This document shows, one piece after another, positions 17,858-27,044 of a stretch of 42,378 nucleotides of DNA (positions are counted from its first letter, which is position 1; each line of letters opens with the position of its first letter). The translations under genes and the position numbers were made by a program. Location of the stretch: NCBI GenBank assembly GCA_036009005.1, contig DASYMP010000017.1, positions 1 through 42,378 of the forward strand. The letters run 5' to 3'. Below the pieces are notes generated by a model. That model made no database searches. It had not been told where the DNA came from and was given only the letters and a program-made list of their open reading frames with translations. This DNA is from Thermoleophilaceae bacterium. GTDB taxonomy: Bacteria > Actinomycetota > Thermoleophilia > Solirubrobacterales > Thermoleophilaceae.

Positions 17858-18361
17858 ATGTATTCCGAGAACCCACGCGTCTCTAACCTGCTCGGCGCGC
17901 TCGCTCTGGAGGCGGCGCGGGCGATGGAGACCGTCCACGAGCCGGTCGGCCAGGCGGGCGCGGCGGCACAGGCTCTCGACACGATCGGCGCGTACCCCGG
18001 CCGCACGATCGAGCAGCTGCGCGCGCCGCTCGGCCTCTCGCAGCCGGGGGCCGTACGGCTCGTGGAGCGGCTGGCGCGGGCGGGCTGGGTCGCCAAGACG
18101 GGCTCCCGCGGCCGGCGCGGCTTCGAGCTGCGCCTGACGAATGCCGGCCAGACCGTGGTCGACGAGCTCCTCGCGCGGCGTCGAGTCGCGCTGGAGGAGC
18201 TGCTCGAGCCGCTCTCGGGCTCCGAGCGCGCGCAGCTCGAGACGCTGCTCGAGAAGCTCCTGGCCGCCCGCACGCACGACCGGGCTGACCTCGAGCGCCT
18301 CTGCCGGCTCTGCGAGCGGCGCGTCTGCGCGCGCTGTCCGGTGGCCGCCGCGGAGGCCTGA
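17858..18361 (+). CDS. MarR-family transcriptional regulator with Cys-rich C-terminal tail
   Basis: wHTH core TIEQLRAPLGLSQPGAVRLVERLARAGWV......RRGFELRLTNAG. Divergent from the EamA transporter. The tail is CRLCERRVCARC. Confidence 0.8.
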   Translation: MYSENPRVSNLLGALALEAARAMETVHEPVGQAGAAAQALDTIGAYPGRTIEQLRAPLGLSQPGAVRLVERLARAGWVAKTGSRGRRGFELRLTNAGQTVVDELLARRRVALEELLEPLSGSERAQLETLLEKLLAARTHDRADLERLCRLCERRVCARCPVAAAEA

Positions 18362-18402
18362 ACGGGGAGGCGTCCGCCTCCGTACGCAGAATCCTCCTAT
18401 CA

Positions 18403-18891
18403 GTGATCGTCCTCGGCATAGACCCGGGCACCGCGCACACGGGTTATGGCGTGGTGCTCGCGCACAGCGGGCGGCTCGCGGCGCTCGACGGCGGCGTCAT
18501 CGAGACGCGTGCGGGTGTGCCGCTGGAGCGCCGCCTCGCCGAGATCCACGCGCGTGTGTGCGACCTGATCCGCGAGCACGAGCCCGCCGCCATGGCCGTC
18601 GAGGATCTCTACTTCGGGCGCAACGCCCACAGCGCATTCGCGGTCGGGCAGGCACGCGGGGTGGTGCTCCTGTCCGCCGGCATGGCGGGCATCCCCTGCT
18701 TCTCGTACACGCCGCAGGCCGTGAAGCAGGCTGTCTGCGGAAGCGGCTCCGCGGCGAAGGCCCAGGTGCAGCGCATGGTCGGCGCCCTGCTCGCGCTTCC
18801 CGAGCCTCCGGAGCCGGACCACGCGGCCGACGCGCTCGCCGTGGCCATCTGCCACGCGAACGGGGCGCCGCTGAAGGAGGCGCTCGGATGA
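18403..18891 (+). CDS. ruvC: Crossover junction endodeoxyribonuclease RuvC
   Basis: (M)IVLGIDPGTAHTGYGVV...AVEDLYFGRN..SAFAVGQARGV...KQAVCGSG.A.K.QVQ.MV...PDHAADALAVAICH. GTG start. Confidence 0.9.
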   Translation: MIVLGIDPGTAHTGYGVVLAHSGRLAALDGGVIETRAGVPLERRLAEIHARVCDLIREHEPAAMAVEDLYFGRNAHSAFAVGQARGVVLLSAGMAGIPCFSYTPQAVKQAVCGSGSAAKAQVQRMVGALLALPEPPEPDHAADALAVAICHANGAPLKEALG

Positions 18892-18949
18892 GGTGGCGCC
18901 GCCGCCGCAGGCGGAAGCTCCCGATCGGCGTGCGGCGAAGGGTGTTCGC

Positions 18950-19528
18950 ATGATCGCGTCGGTGCGCGGGGAGGTGCTGTCGCGCCTCCCGGGCGACGTC
19001 GTGATCGAGGCGGCCGGCGTGGGCTACCGCCTGAGCGTCTCGTCGGAGACGCTCTCCGCGGTGCCGCGCACGGGCGACGAGGCCACGCTGTTCACGCATC
19101 TCGTGCTGCGCGACGACGGGATGCACCTGTACGGCTTCGCGAGCGAATCGGAGCGCGAGCTCTTCCTGCTCCTGATCGGCGTGCAGGGCGTGGGGCCGAA
19201 GGTGGCGCTCGCGGTGCTCTCAGGCGGGGCCCCGCGCGAGCTCCTCAACGCGATCGCGTCGGGCGACACCGCGCGCTTCCAGGCCGTCCCCGGGATCGGC
19301 AAGCGCACGGCGGAGCGCATCATCGTCGAGCTGCGCGAGAAGGTGGCCGGGAAGATCAGCGACGACATCGTCGTGCGCCGCACCGCCCCCGATGACCCGC
19401 GCACGCTCGCGCGCGAGGGCCTCCTCGGCCTCGGCTTCACCCCACAGGAGTCCGACAGGCTGCTCGACCAGGCGGCGGGCGAGACGCCCGAGGACCTGAT
19501 CGCCGGCGCGCTGAGGGCGGCACGGTGA
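18950..19528 (+). CDS. ruvA: Holliday junction branch migration protein RuvA
   Basis: MIASVRGEV......[14 protein letters not shown]...........[10 protein letters not shown]...LYGF....ERELF..LI.V.GVGPK.ALA.LS. ATG at 18950 with GAAGGG upstream. Confidence 0.9.
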   Translation: MIASVRGEVLSRLPGDVVIEAAGVGYRLSVSSETLSAVPRTGDEATLFTHLVLRDDGMHLYGFASESERELFLLLIGVQGVGPKVALAVLSGGAPRELLNAIASGDTARFQAVPGIGKRTAERIIVELREKVAGKISDDIVVRRTAPDDPRTLAREGLLGLGFTPQESDRLLDQAAGETPEDLIAGALRAAR

Positions 19529-20568
19529 GCGGCGGCATCCGCACGCCGGGCGTCGAGCGGATCCAGGATCCCGCGGTCCTCGCGCCGGAGGACGAGTTCG
19601 ACCGCTCGCTGCGGCCCAAGCGGCTCGAGGACTTCGTGGGCCAGGAGCGCGTGAAGGAGCAGCTCGCCGTCTTCATCGAGGCCGCACGGGCGCGCGACGA
19701 GGCGCTCGACCACGTCCTGCTCGCGGGCCCGCCGGGGCTCGGCAAGACGTCGCTGGCCCAGATCGTGGCCAACGAGCTGGGCGCGCGCTTCGTGGCCACG
19801 GCCGGCCCGGCGCTCGAGCGCAAGGGCGACGTGGCGAGCTACCTGACCGCGCTCGAGCCGCGCAGCGTCTTCTTCGTCGACGAGATCCACCGGCTGCCGC
19901 GCGCGCTCGAGGAGACCTTCTATCCCGCGATGGAGGACCGCACGCTGCCGATCACGGTCGGCCAGGGGGCCGGCGCGGCCGTGGTGTCGCTCGACCTTCC
20001 CGCCTTCACGCTGATCGGCGCCACCACACGCACCGGCCTCCTCACCACGCCGCTGCGCGACCGCTTCGGCGTGACGCACAGGCTCGAGCTCTACGAGCCG
20101 GCCGACCTCGCGCGGATCGTGCTGCGCTCGGCCGGGATCCTGGACGTGGAGATCGACGTGGACGGCGCCGAGGCGATCGCCCGCCGCTCGCGCGGCACCC
20201 CGCGCGTGGCGAACCGGCTCCTCAAGCGCGTGCGCGACTTCGCCGAGGTGCGCGGCACAGGGCAGATCGACGCGGGCGTGGCCGCCGACGCGCTCGACAT
20301 GCTCGAGGTGGACGCCGCCGGCCTCGATCGCCTCGACCGCGAGATCCTCCGCTCGATCTGCTGCAAGTTCGGCGGCGGCCCCGTTGGGCTGAGCACGCTC
20401 GCCGTGGCCGTGGGCGAGGAGTCCGACACGATCGAGGACGTCTACGAGCCCTATCTGCTCCAGCAGGGCTACCTGATGCGTACCCCGAGGGGCCGCGTCG
20501 CGACCGACTCCGCGTTCGCCCACCTGGGGCTCGAGCCGCCCCGTGGCGCCGGGCAGCGCCTCTTCTAA
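19525..20568 (+). CDS. ruvB: Holliday junction branch migration DNA helicase RuvB
   Basis: [50 protein letters not shown]...DEIHRL. The GTG start forms a GTGA overlap with ruvA. Confidence 0.95.
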   Translation: MSGGIRTPGVERIQDPAVLAPEDEFDRSLRPKRLEDFVGQERVKEQLAVFIEAARARDEALDHVLLAGPPGLGKTSLAQIVANELGARFVATAGPALERKGDVASYLTALEPRSVFFVDEIHRLPRALEETFYPAMEDRTLPITVGQGAGAAVVSLDLPAFTLIGATTRTGLLTTPLRDRFGVTHRLELYEPADLARIVLRSAGILDVEIDVDGAEAIARRSRGTPRVANRLLKRVRDFAEVRGTGQIDAGVAADALDMLEVDAAGLDRLDREILRSICCKFGGGPVGLSTLAVAVGEESDTIEDVYEPYLLQQGYLMRTPRGRVATDSAFAHLGLEPPRGAGQRLF

Positions 20569-20604
20569 CCTGGCATTTAGGCAGTTGCCTACCCTTGACT
20601 CGTC

Positions 20605-21048
20605 ATGCCGATCTTCATCTGCCCGAACTGTGGGAACCGCAGTGAGTCCGCCGAGCGCACGGCCGGCTTCCAGAGCCGTGCGAAGGGCTGCAAGCGCTGC
20701 GGCTTCGGCTTCCTCTTCGAGCTCCTCGACGACTACTACCCGGCCCCGAACGCCGCTTTCTTCCTGCTCGACCAGCAGGGTCGGCTCATCGGCACGGGCC
20801 GCGGTGCCCGCGAGCTCACCGGCCTCGGCGACCTCGACGTGATCGGCCGCCCGGTGCAGGACGTGCTCCAGCTGGAGTTCGACAGCGGCGACGACCACGT
20901 GGCCACCGCGCTCGAGTGGGGTGTGCGCGTGCTCGACAAGCAGGTCGAGGTGCACGCCGAGGGAGACCGCCCCGAGCAGGCAAAGGCTGACATCTTCCCC
21001 GCCTACGACGATGACGGCGGCCTCCTGCTGGTGCTGACCCCCCGATGA
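20605..21048 (+). CDS. Hypothetical cytoplasmic protein: N-terminal 4-Cys zinc ribbon + PAS-like domain
   Basis: MPIFICPNCGN...18 aa...CKRCGF is a CxxC-x18-CxxC motif. AFFLLDQQGRLIGTGRGARELTGL..LDVIGRPVQDVL resembles a PAS core. High GC3. The stop overlaps the secDF start (ATGA). Confidence 0.65.
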   Translation: MPIFICPNCGNRSESAERTAGFQSRAKGCKRCGFGFLFELLDDYYPAPNAAFFLLDQQGRLIGTGRGARELTGLGDLDVIGRPVQDVLQLEFDSGDDHVATALEWGVRVLDKQVEVHAEGDRPEQAKADIFPAYDDDGGLLLVLTPR

Positions 21049-24000
21049 CAAACCGCAACAGGAACCTCTCGATCCTGGGGATCGTGCTGATCCTCCTCGC
21101 GGGTGCGGTCTTCACGATCGCGACGAAGGAGACGCGCCTGGGGCTGGACCTGAAGGGCGGCATCGAGCTCGTCTACCAGGGCCAGCCGACCCCGCAGGTG
21201 CCGGTCGTGACGCCGCAGGCACTGGACGACGCGGTCTCGACGATCCGCAAGCGCACGGACGCGCTCGGCGTCTCCGAGCCGGAGATCCAGCGCTCGGGCC
21301 GGGACCAGATCTCGATCGGGCTCCCGAGCGTCCAGAACGCCGAGCGCGCGATCGCCCAGGTGGGCTCGACCGCGCAGCTCCAGTTCTACGACTGGGAGCC
21401 GAACGTGCTGGGGCGCGGCCCGGACGTGCCGTTCGCCGGCTCGAAGGCGCTCTACGACGCGGCGGAGTTCGCGGGGAAGCAGAAGCCGAAGGCCGAGAAG
21501 GTCGACGTGCCCCCGGGCTCCGACCTCTCGCCGGCGAAGGCGGACGAGCAGAACGACACCTCCGCCACGGACCGCTACTACCTGTTCGGCCCGGACCGCT
21601 ACCCGATCGGAAACGACGGCAAGCCGCTCCGCGAGGGCGATTACGAGCCGTCGGCGAACTGCAAGGCGCTGCTTGGCGACTACGAGCCCGCGGGCGGCAC
21701 GCCGAACAAGTACGCGAAGGACACCGAGTGCAGCTCGCAGCTCGACGCGCTCGGCTCCGCGGGCCCGCCGAGCGGCTCGCGTGTGATCAAGGTTCCGCGC
21801 GGGATCGTCGTCGTGGAGGGCGAGGCCGCTCCGAACCAGTCCGCGCGCGTGCACCGCTTCTTCGTGATCGAGGACGACTCCGAGCTGAACGGCAAGGAGA
21901 TCAAGAACCCCGAGCAGGCCTTCGACCCGAATACGAACGCGCCGCTCGTGAACATGGAGTTCACGACGCAGGGACGTGAGGCGTTCGCACGGGTCACGAA
22001 GCGCATCGCCGAGCGCGGGCGCGACTGCGAGACGCTCGCGGGCGTCGACCCCAAGTGCCCGCCGCAGGGCTCTCAGCCCGACCAGTTCTTCCAGCGCTTC
22101 GCGATCACGCTCGACAACAAGATCGTCTCGCTCGCGACGATCGACTACCAGGAGAACCCCGACGGCATCGACGGGCGCACGGGCGCGTCGATCCAGAACA
22201 TCGGCGACATCGGCGCCGCGCAGGACCTCGCCGAGAACCTCCGCATCGGCGCGCTGCCGATCGACCTCAAGCTGATCTCCCAGACGCAGGTATCCGCCAC
22301 GCTCGGCCAGCAGGCGCTGAACCAGGGCCTGACCGCCGCCGCGGCGGGCCTGGCACTCACGATCCTGTTCCTGCTGCTCTTCTACCGCGCGCTCGGAGCG
22401 GTGGCGACCGTGGCGCTGCTCATCTACGCGGGGCTCCTGTTCGCGCTCGTGAAGCTGATCCCGATCACGCTCACGCTGCCGGGCATCGCGGGAATGGTGC
22501 TCACACTGGCGGTGGCGGCCGACGCCAACATCGTCATGTACGAGCGAATAAAGGAGGAGGTGCGCGGCGGGCGCTCGGTGCCCGCGGCCATCTCGGCGGG
22601 CTACTCCAAGGCGCTCCGGACGATCATCGACGCGAACGTCGTGACGATCGGCGTGGCGTTCATCCTGTTCACGCTCGCGACCGCGGGCGTGAAGGGCTTC
22701 GCGTTCACGCTCGGTATCGGCACGCTCGTGTCGCTGTTCACGGCCGTGCTGGCCACGTCGGCGATCCTCGGCTCGCTCGCGCGCACGCGCCTGCTGCGGA
22801 GGCCGAGCGCGCTGGGCACCCACACGAGCGCCAAGCGCGAGGGCTGGCGCTTCGACTTCATGGGGAACTCGCGCTGGTTCTTCTCGTTGTCGGGCGCGAT
22901 CCTGGCCGCCGGAGCGATCGCGATCGCCGCGCTCGGCATCAACTTCGGCATCGACTTCGAGTCCGGGACGCGCATCACGGCGCCGCTTCAGCACGCGGCA
23001 AGCGTGGACAAGGTGCGCTCGACGCTCCAGCCGCTCGGCTACGGCGACGCCGCGATCCAGACGGTCAACGACCCGGAGCTGGGCGAGAACGTCGTCCAGA
23101 TCGAGGTCCACCAGCTCGACCCGAATCAGGTCACGAAGGTGGAGAACACGCTCGACGACGCGTTCGGCGTCGCGAAGGCCGACTTCGTGGCGAACTCCGT
23201 GGGTCCGACGTTCGGGAAGCAGATCGCCCAGACCGCGCTCTATGCCGTGATCGCGTCGTTGCTCCTGATCTCGCTCTACATCGGCTTCCGCTTCGAGTGG
23301 AAGTTCGCGGTGCCGGTGCTGATCGCGCTCGCGCACGACCTCCTGATCACGGCGGGCACGTACGCGATCTTCGACAGGGAGGTAACGACCGCCACGGTCG
23401 CCGCCCTGCTGACCATCCTCGGCTATTCGCTGTACGACACGGTGATCGTGTTCGACCGAATACGCGAGAACGTGCCGCGCATGCCGCGCGCGACGTTCTC
23501 GCAGATCGCGAACCGCTCCATGTCCGAGGTCTTCACGCGCTCGCTCGCGACGAGCTTCGTGGTGCTGATGCCGGTCGGCTCGCTGCTCCTGTTCGGCGGC
23601 GAGACGCTGAAGGACTTCGCGTTCGCGCTGCTTGTCGGCGTGCTCTCGGGCGCGTACTCGTCGATCTTCATCGCCACCCCGGTGCTCGTGGAGTGGAAGG
23701 AGCGCGAGCGCACCTACATGCGCCGCCGCCGCATGATGCTCCAGGAGTTCGGCGGTCACATCCCGGCGTTCGCCACCGGCTCGCTCGGCGAGCCCACGCC
23801 CGCGCCGGCGGGGGCGGCCGCCGCGGCGGGCGCGGCCTCGGCGGCACCGGTCCCGACCGACCGCGCCGCGCGCCGCCAGCGGCGCGCCGGCATCTCGTCC
23901 TCGACCGCCACACGCACCGCGCCGCGGCCGGCCACGCCGCCGCCGCCGGCGGACGGAGACGGAGCGCCGCCGGCCCGCGCCGCCGACCCCGCGCCGCCCT

Positions 24001-24146
24001 CGCCGCCGCCCGAGCGGGCCGCCGAGCCGTCCGCGGATACCCCGGCCTCGCCGTCGGCGCCCGCTGCGCCGAGCGATCCGCCGGCTGACGCGGCCAAGCA
24101 GCGCTCGAAGCGCCAGCAGAAGCGCAGAAAGCACGGGAGGCGCTAG
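21045..24146 (+). CDS. secDF: Fused protein translocase subunit SecDF with long Pro/Ala-rich C-terminal tail
   Basis: The SecD part has LGLDLKGGIELVYQ..., the periplasmic P1 domain and 6 TM segments. The SecF part begins near MGNSRWFFSLSGAILAAGAIAIAALGINFGIDFESGT with 6 more TM segments. A tail of about 130 aa of low complexity ends in KQRSKRQQKRRKHGRR. Confidence 0.9.
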   Translation: MTNRNRNLSILGIVLILLAGAVFTIATKETRLGLDLKGGIELVYQGQPTPQVPVVTPQALDDAVSTIRKRTDALGVSEPEIQRSGRDQISIGLPSVQNAERAIAQVGSTAQLQFYDWEPNVLGRGPDVPFAGSKALYDAAEFAGKQKPKAEKVDVPPGSDLSPAKADEQNDTSATDRYYLFGPDRYPIGNDGKPLREGDYEPSANCKALLGDYEPAGGTPNKYAKDTECSSQLDALGSAGPPSGSRVIKVPRGIVVVEGEAAPNQSARVHRFFVIEDDSELNGKEIKNPEQAFDPNTNAPLVNMEFTTQGREAFARVTKRIAERGRDCETLAGVDPKCPPQGSQPDQFFQRFAITLDNKIVSLATIDYQENPDGIDGRTGASIQNIGDIGAAQDLAENLRIGALPIDLKLISQTQVSATLGQQALNQGLTAAAAGLALTILFLLLFYRALGAVATVALLIYAGLLFALVKLIPITLTLPGIAGMVLTLAVAADANIVMYERIKEEVRGGRSVPAAISAGYSKALRTIIDANVVTIGVAFILFTLATAGVKGFAFTLGIGTLVSLFTAVLATSAILGSLARTRLLRRPSALGTHTSAKREGWRFDFMGNSRWFFSLSGAILAAGAIAIAALGINFGIDFESGTRITAPLQHAASVDKVRSTLQPLGYGDAAIQTVNDPELGENVVQIEVHQLDPNQVTKVENTLDDAFGVAKADFVANSVGPTFGKQIAQTALYAVIASLLLISLYIGFRFEWKFAVPVLIALAHDLLITAGTYAIFDREVTTATVAALLTILGYSLYDTVIVFDRIRENVPRMPRATFSQIANRSMSEVFTRSLATSFVVLMPVGSLLLFGGETLKDFAFALLVGVLSGAYSSIFIATPVLVEWKERERTYMRRRRMMLQEFGGHIPAFATGSLGEPTPAPAGAAAAAGAASAAPVPTDRAARRQRRAGISSSTATRTAPRPATPPPPADGDGAPPARAADPAPPSPPPERAAEPSADTPASPSAPAAPSDPPADAAKQRSKRQQKRRKHGRR

Positions 24147-24148
24147 CC

Positions 24149-24448
24149 ATGTCGCTTGTCGTCTGGGTCATGATGGGAATCGCGGTCTGGCACTTCACGG
24201 TGTTCCTCCCCGACCGCTTCTGGGGCGGCATCGTGGGCGCGTTCCTGGCCGCCTTCCTGGCCGCCGCGATCTTCGGTTTCGTCGTGAACGGCTTCACCGT
24301 GCCCGGGAAGAGCGACACCGAGCTCGTGCAGGCGCTGATCGCGATCCCCGGGTCGATGATCGGCCTCGCGATCTCCTACTTCTGGGGCGCGCGCATGGAC
24401 CGCGAGCACGGCGTCGACCACGGCCAGACCCGCGCGGGCGCACACTAG
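24149..24448 (+). CDS. GlsB/YeaQ/YmgE-family (transglycosylase-associated) small membrane protein
   Basis: 99 aa, 3 TM segments, and a G-rich helix pattern WGGIVGAFLAAFLAAAIFGF. GGGAGG RBS at 24135-24140, 8 nt before the ATG. Confidence 0.8.
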   Translation: MSLVVWVMMGIAVWHFTVFLPDRFWGGIVGAFLAAFLAAAIFGFVVNGFTVPGKSDTELVQALIAIPGSMIGLAISYFWGARMDREHGVDHGQTRAGAH

Positions 24449-24530
24449 GCCCCGGTTACGCCTCGTCGAGCAACAGCGGCCCGTGTGGTTCCGCCGCGTT
24501 CCGTCCGCCGTGCGGCGCAGGATTGGTCGG

Positions 24531-27005
24531 ATGCAGTCCAAGCCGTCCCGCTGGAGATCCGACCCGTACGAGGTCGCGTCGGGGCGCGCGTTGGCCATTG
24601 GGCTCGGGGTCTCGCCGGTCGTCGGGGCGATCCTGGCGCGGCGTGGTCTTGGCGACCTCGACGAGGCGCGGCGCTTCCTGGCCGCCGAGGAAGCACACGA
24701 TCCGCGCAGCCTGCCCGGCGTGCCGGACGCCTGTGAGCTGATCCTCGGCCACATCGAGCGCGGCTCCACGATCGCGGTGTTCGGCGACTACGACGTGGAC
24801 GGCGTCTGCTCCACGGCGATGCTGATCCGCACGCTCCGCTCGCTCGGCGCCGATCCCGTCTGGGAGCTGCCGAGCCGCTTCGACGAGGGCTATGGGCTGT
24901 CCGAGGGCGCCGTGGAGCGGCTCGCGGCGCGTGGGGTGGGGCTGCTCGTGACCGTCGACTGCGGGATCACGGCCGTCGCGCCGGTGGCCTCCGCTCGCGC
25001 GGCCGGGCTAGACGTGGTCGTCACCGACCACCACCGCCCGGGCGAGGAGCTGCCCGAGTGCACGATCGTGCACCCGGCGCTCGGCGACTACGGGTGCCCG
25101 GAGCTGTGCGCGTCCGGCGTCGTGCTGAAGCTGAGCGAGGGCCTGCTCGCCGCCGCGGGGCGCGACCCCGCCGGCGCCGCCGAGGACGCGGACCTGGCGG
25201 CGCTCGCCACCGTCTGCGACCTCGTCCCGCTCCGGGGCGAGAACCGGCGCATCGTCCGCGAGGGGCTCGTGGCGCTCGGCCGGACCCGCAAGCCCGGGCT
25301 GCGGGCGCTCATGGAGCTGGGCGGAGTGGAACCCGGGGAGCTCACCGAGCACGCGCTCGGCTTCAGGCTCGGCCCCCGCATCAACGCCGCTGGGCGGATG
25401 CAGCGGGCCGACGCCGCGCTAGAGCTGCTGCTCACCGAGGATCCCGCGCGCGCGAGCGAGGTGGCGCGCGAGCTCGACTTCCTGAACCGCGACCGCCAGG
25501 AGGCGGAGACGCGCATCTTGTTCGCCGCCGAGGCGGCCGCGGCCACCCAGGCGCATGAGGCCGCCATCGTGGTGTCCGGCGAGGGCTGGCACCCGGGCGT
25601 GGTGGGCATCGTGGCCTCGCGGCTCGTGGAGCGCTGGCGCCGGCCCTGCGTGGTGATCGCGCTTGACGCCGCGGGGGCGGGCGGCACCGCACAGAGCGGC
25701 CGCGGCTCCGGCCGGAGCATCTCCGCGTACGACCTGCACGCCGGCCTCGCCGCCTGTTCGGAGCAGCTCACGCGCTTCGGCGGCCACAGGATGGCCGCCG
25801 GCGTGGAGCTCGACGCCGACGCGGTCGAGCCGTTCCGCCGGGCGCTCGCCGCCCACGCCGCCGCGGCGCTGTCCCCCGACGACCTGATCCCGGTCGAGCG
25901 TGTCGACGCGGTGGTGCCGGGCGGCGATCTCGGCCTCGGGCTCGCCGAGGACCTCGAGCTGCTGCGCCCGTTCGGGATGGGCAACCCGCAGCCGACGCTG
26001 CTCGTGCCGGCGGCCCGCTTCGAGCGGGTCACGGCGATGGGCGAGGAGCGCGAGCACTCGCGCTTCACGCTCGTCACGGCCGGCGGAGCACGCTCACGCG
26101 GAGTGGCCTTCCGGTCGCCGCCGAAGGCGTTGGCGCCGGCCACCGAGGAGCCGCACGACATAGCGCTGCGCCTGGAGCGCAACCGCTGGAAGGGCGTCGT
26201 GGAGCCGCGCGTGATCCTGCGGGCGCTGTGCCCGACGGAGCCCGGCGAGCTGCGCATTCTCGGCGAGGACGGCGCGTTTTGGGAGGACCTGCGAGTCGCG
26301 TTCGGCTCCGCCGCGGCCGCCCCGGCGGCTCCTGCGGGTGGCAGCATCGAGGATCGTCGCTCGGAGGGCTTTGCCGGTGTGGCGGGGGACCTCTTCTCGA
26401 GCGGCGAGCGCGTGCTCGTGGCAGTGGCCGACCTTCCGCGCCGGCGCGCCGGCCTCGAGGCCGTCGTGGCGGGACTCGCGCGCGAGCCCATGTCCGTCGT
26501 TTCCTGGCCCGCACTTGCCGCGCGGCCCGAGCTCGCCTTGGGCTTCGAGCAGCTCGTGGCGCTCGACCCGCCGCCCGGCGGCGCTTCGGACCCGCTGCTG
26601 GGAGCCACGCCGCGAAGCCACCTGGCCTGGGGCCCGGCCGAGGCCGAGTTCGCTCTCGGCGTGTACCGCGCCGCGCTCGATCTGCGCCCGCCTCTGGCGG
26701 AGCTGTACCGGGCATTGAGGGAGCTGCCGCCCGAGGCCTCGACGAGCGCGCTCGAAGCTGCGTTCAGGGGGGATGGCCGCTACCCGCGCCCGGCCGCCCT
26801 CTGCGCGCGCCTCCTCACGGTCCTCACCGAGCTGGGCCTCGTGGCGCTCGACCTCGATGCGCCCGGCTGCCGCGTGGTCGAGGCAGCCAGGAGCGAGCTC
26901 GACTCGTCGCCCAGCTTCCGCACGGCCCGCGAGGAGCTCGCCGCCGTGGAGCGCGCGCTCAGTCCAGAGCTACCGCGCGCGCTGCCGGCCGCCGCCGCGA
27001 GCTAG
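24531..27005 (+). CDS. recJ: Single-stranded-DNA-specific exonuclease RecJ (with C-terminal extension of about 250 aa)
   Basis: DHH motifs IAVFGDYDVDGVCS, LVTVDCG and VVTDHH. DHHA1 motif GGHRMAAG. ATG at 24531 (alternative GTG 24483). Confidence 0.85.
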   Translation: MQSKPSRWRSDPYEVASGRALAIGLGVSPVVGAILARRGLGDLDEARRFLAAEEAHDPRSLPGVPDACELILGHIERGSTIAVFGDYDVDGVCSTAMLIRTLRSLGADPVWELPSRFDEGYGLSEGAVERLAARGVGLLVTVDCGITAVAPVASARAAGLDVVVTDHHRPGEELPECTIVHPALGDYGCPELCASGVVLKLSEGLLAAAGRDPAGAAEDADLAALATVCDLVPLRGENRRIVREGLVALGRTRKPGLRALMELGGVEPGELTEHALGFRLGPRINAAGRMQRADAALELLLTEDPARASEVARELDFLNRDRQEAETRILFAAEAAAATQAHEAAIVVSGEGWHPGVVGIVASRLVERWRRPCVVIALDAAGAGGTAQSGRGSGRSISAYDLHAGLAACSEQLTRFGGHRMAAGVELDADAVEPFRRALAAHAAAALSPDDLIPVERVDAVVPGGDLGLGLAEDLELLRPFGMGNPQPTLLVPAARFERVTAMGEEREHSRFTLVTAGGARSRGVAFRSPPKALAPATEEPHDIALRLERNRWKGVVEPRVILRALCPTEPGELRILGEDGAFWEDLRVAFGSAAAAPAAPAGGSIEDRRSEGFAGVAGDLFSSGERVLVAVADLPRRRAGLEAVVAGLAREPMSVVSWPALAARPELALGFEQLVALDPPPGGASDPLLGATPRSHLAWGPAEAEFALGVYRAALDLRPPLAELYRALRELPPEASTSALEAAFRGDGRYPRPAALCARLLTVLTELGLVALDLDAPGCRVVEAARSELDSSPSFRTAREELAAVERALSPELPRALPAAAAS

Positions 27006-27019
27006 CGCTCGGGCTGCCC

Positions 27020-27044
27020 CGGCGCGTTCGCGCTGGCGATTTTT
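27020..27044 (+). terminator. Weak terminator candidate after recJ
   Basis: CGGCGC (27020-27025) and GCGCTG (27030-27035) form a 6-bp stem (one G-U pair) with a GTTC loop, then GCGA TTTTT (27040-27044). Confidence 0.3.

Noticed and set aside
20571-20588. Sigma54-like TGGCAT...TTGC motif upstream of the zinc-ribbon/PAS gene.
   Set aside because: The GG-to-GC spacing is about 3 nt longer than the consensus (TGGCAC-N5-TTGC), and actinobacteria generally lack RpoN. It is probably a chance match.
21003-24134. 1043-aa ORF on the minus strand opposite secDF. Similar giant antisense ORFs occur at 29446..32796 (1116 aa), 19024..21051 (675 aa), 11578..13488 (636 aa) and 8863..10113.
   Set aside because: Their composition is Arg/Gly/Ala/Pro/His-rich nonsense with no motifs. 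They mirror well-supported genes on the other strand. Absence of stop codons in antisense frames is expected at this GC content.
26230-27005. C-terminal extension of about 250 aa on RecJ beyond the OB-fold region.
   Set aside because: The extension has continuous coding bias and no frameshift signs, and long C-terminal domains occur in several RecJ lineages. It is not distinctive enough to flag without a database comparison.
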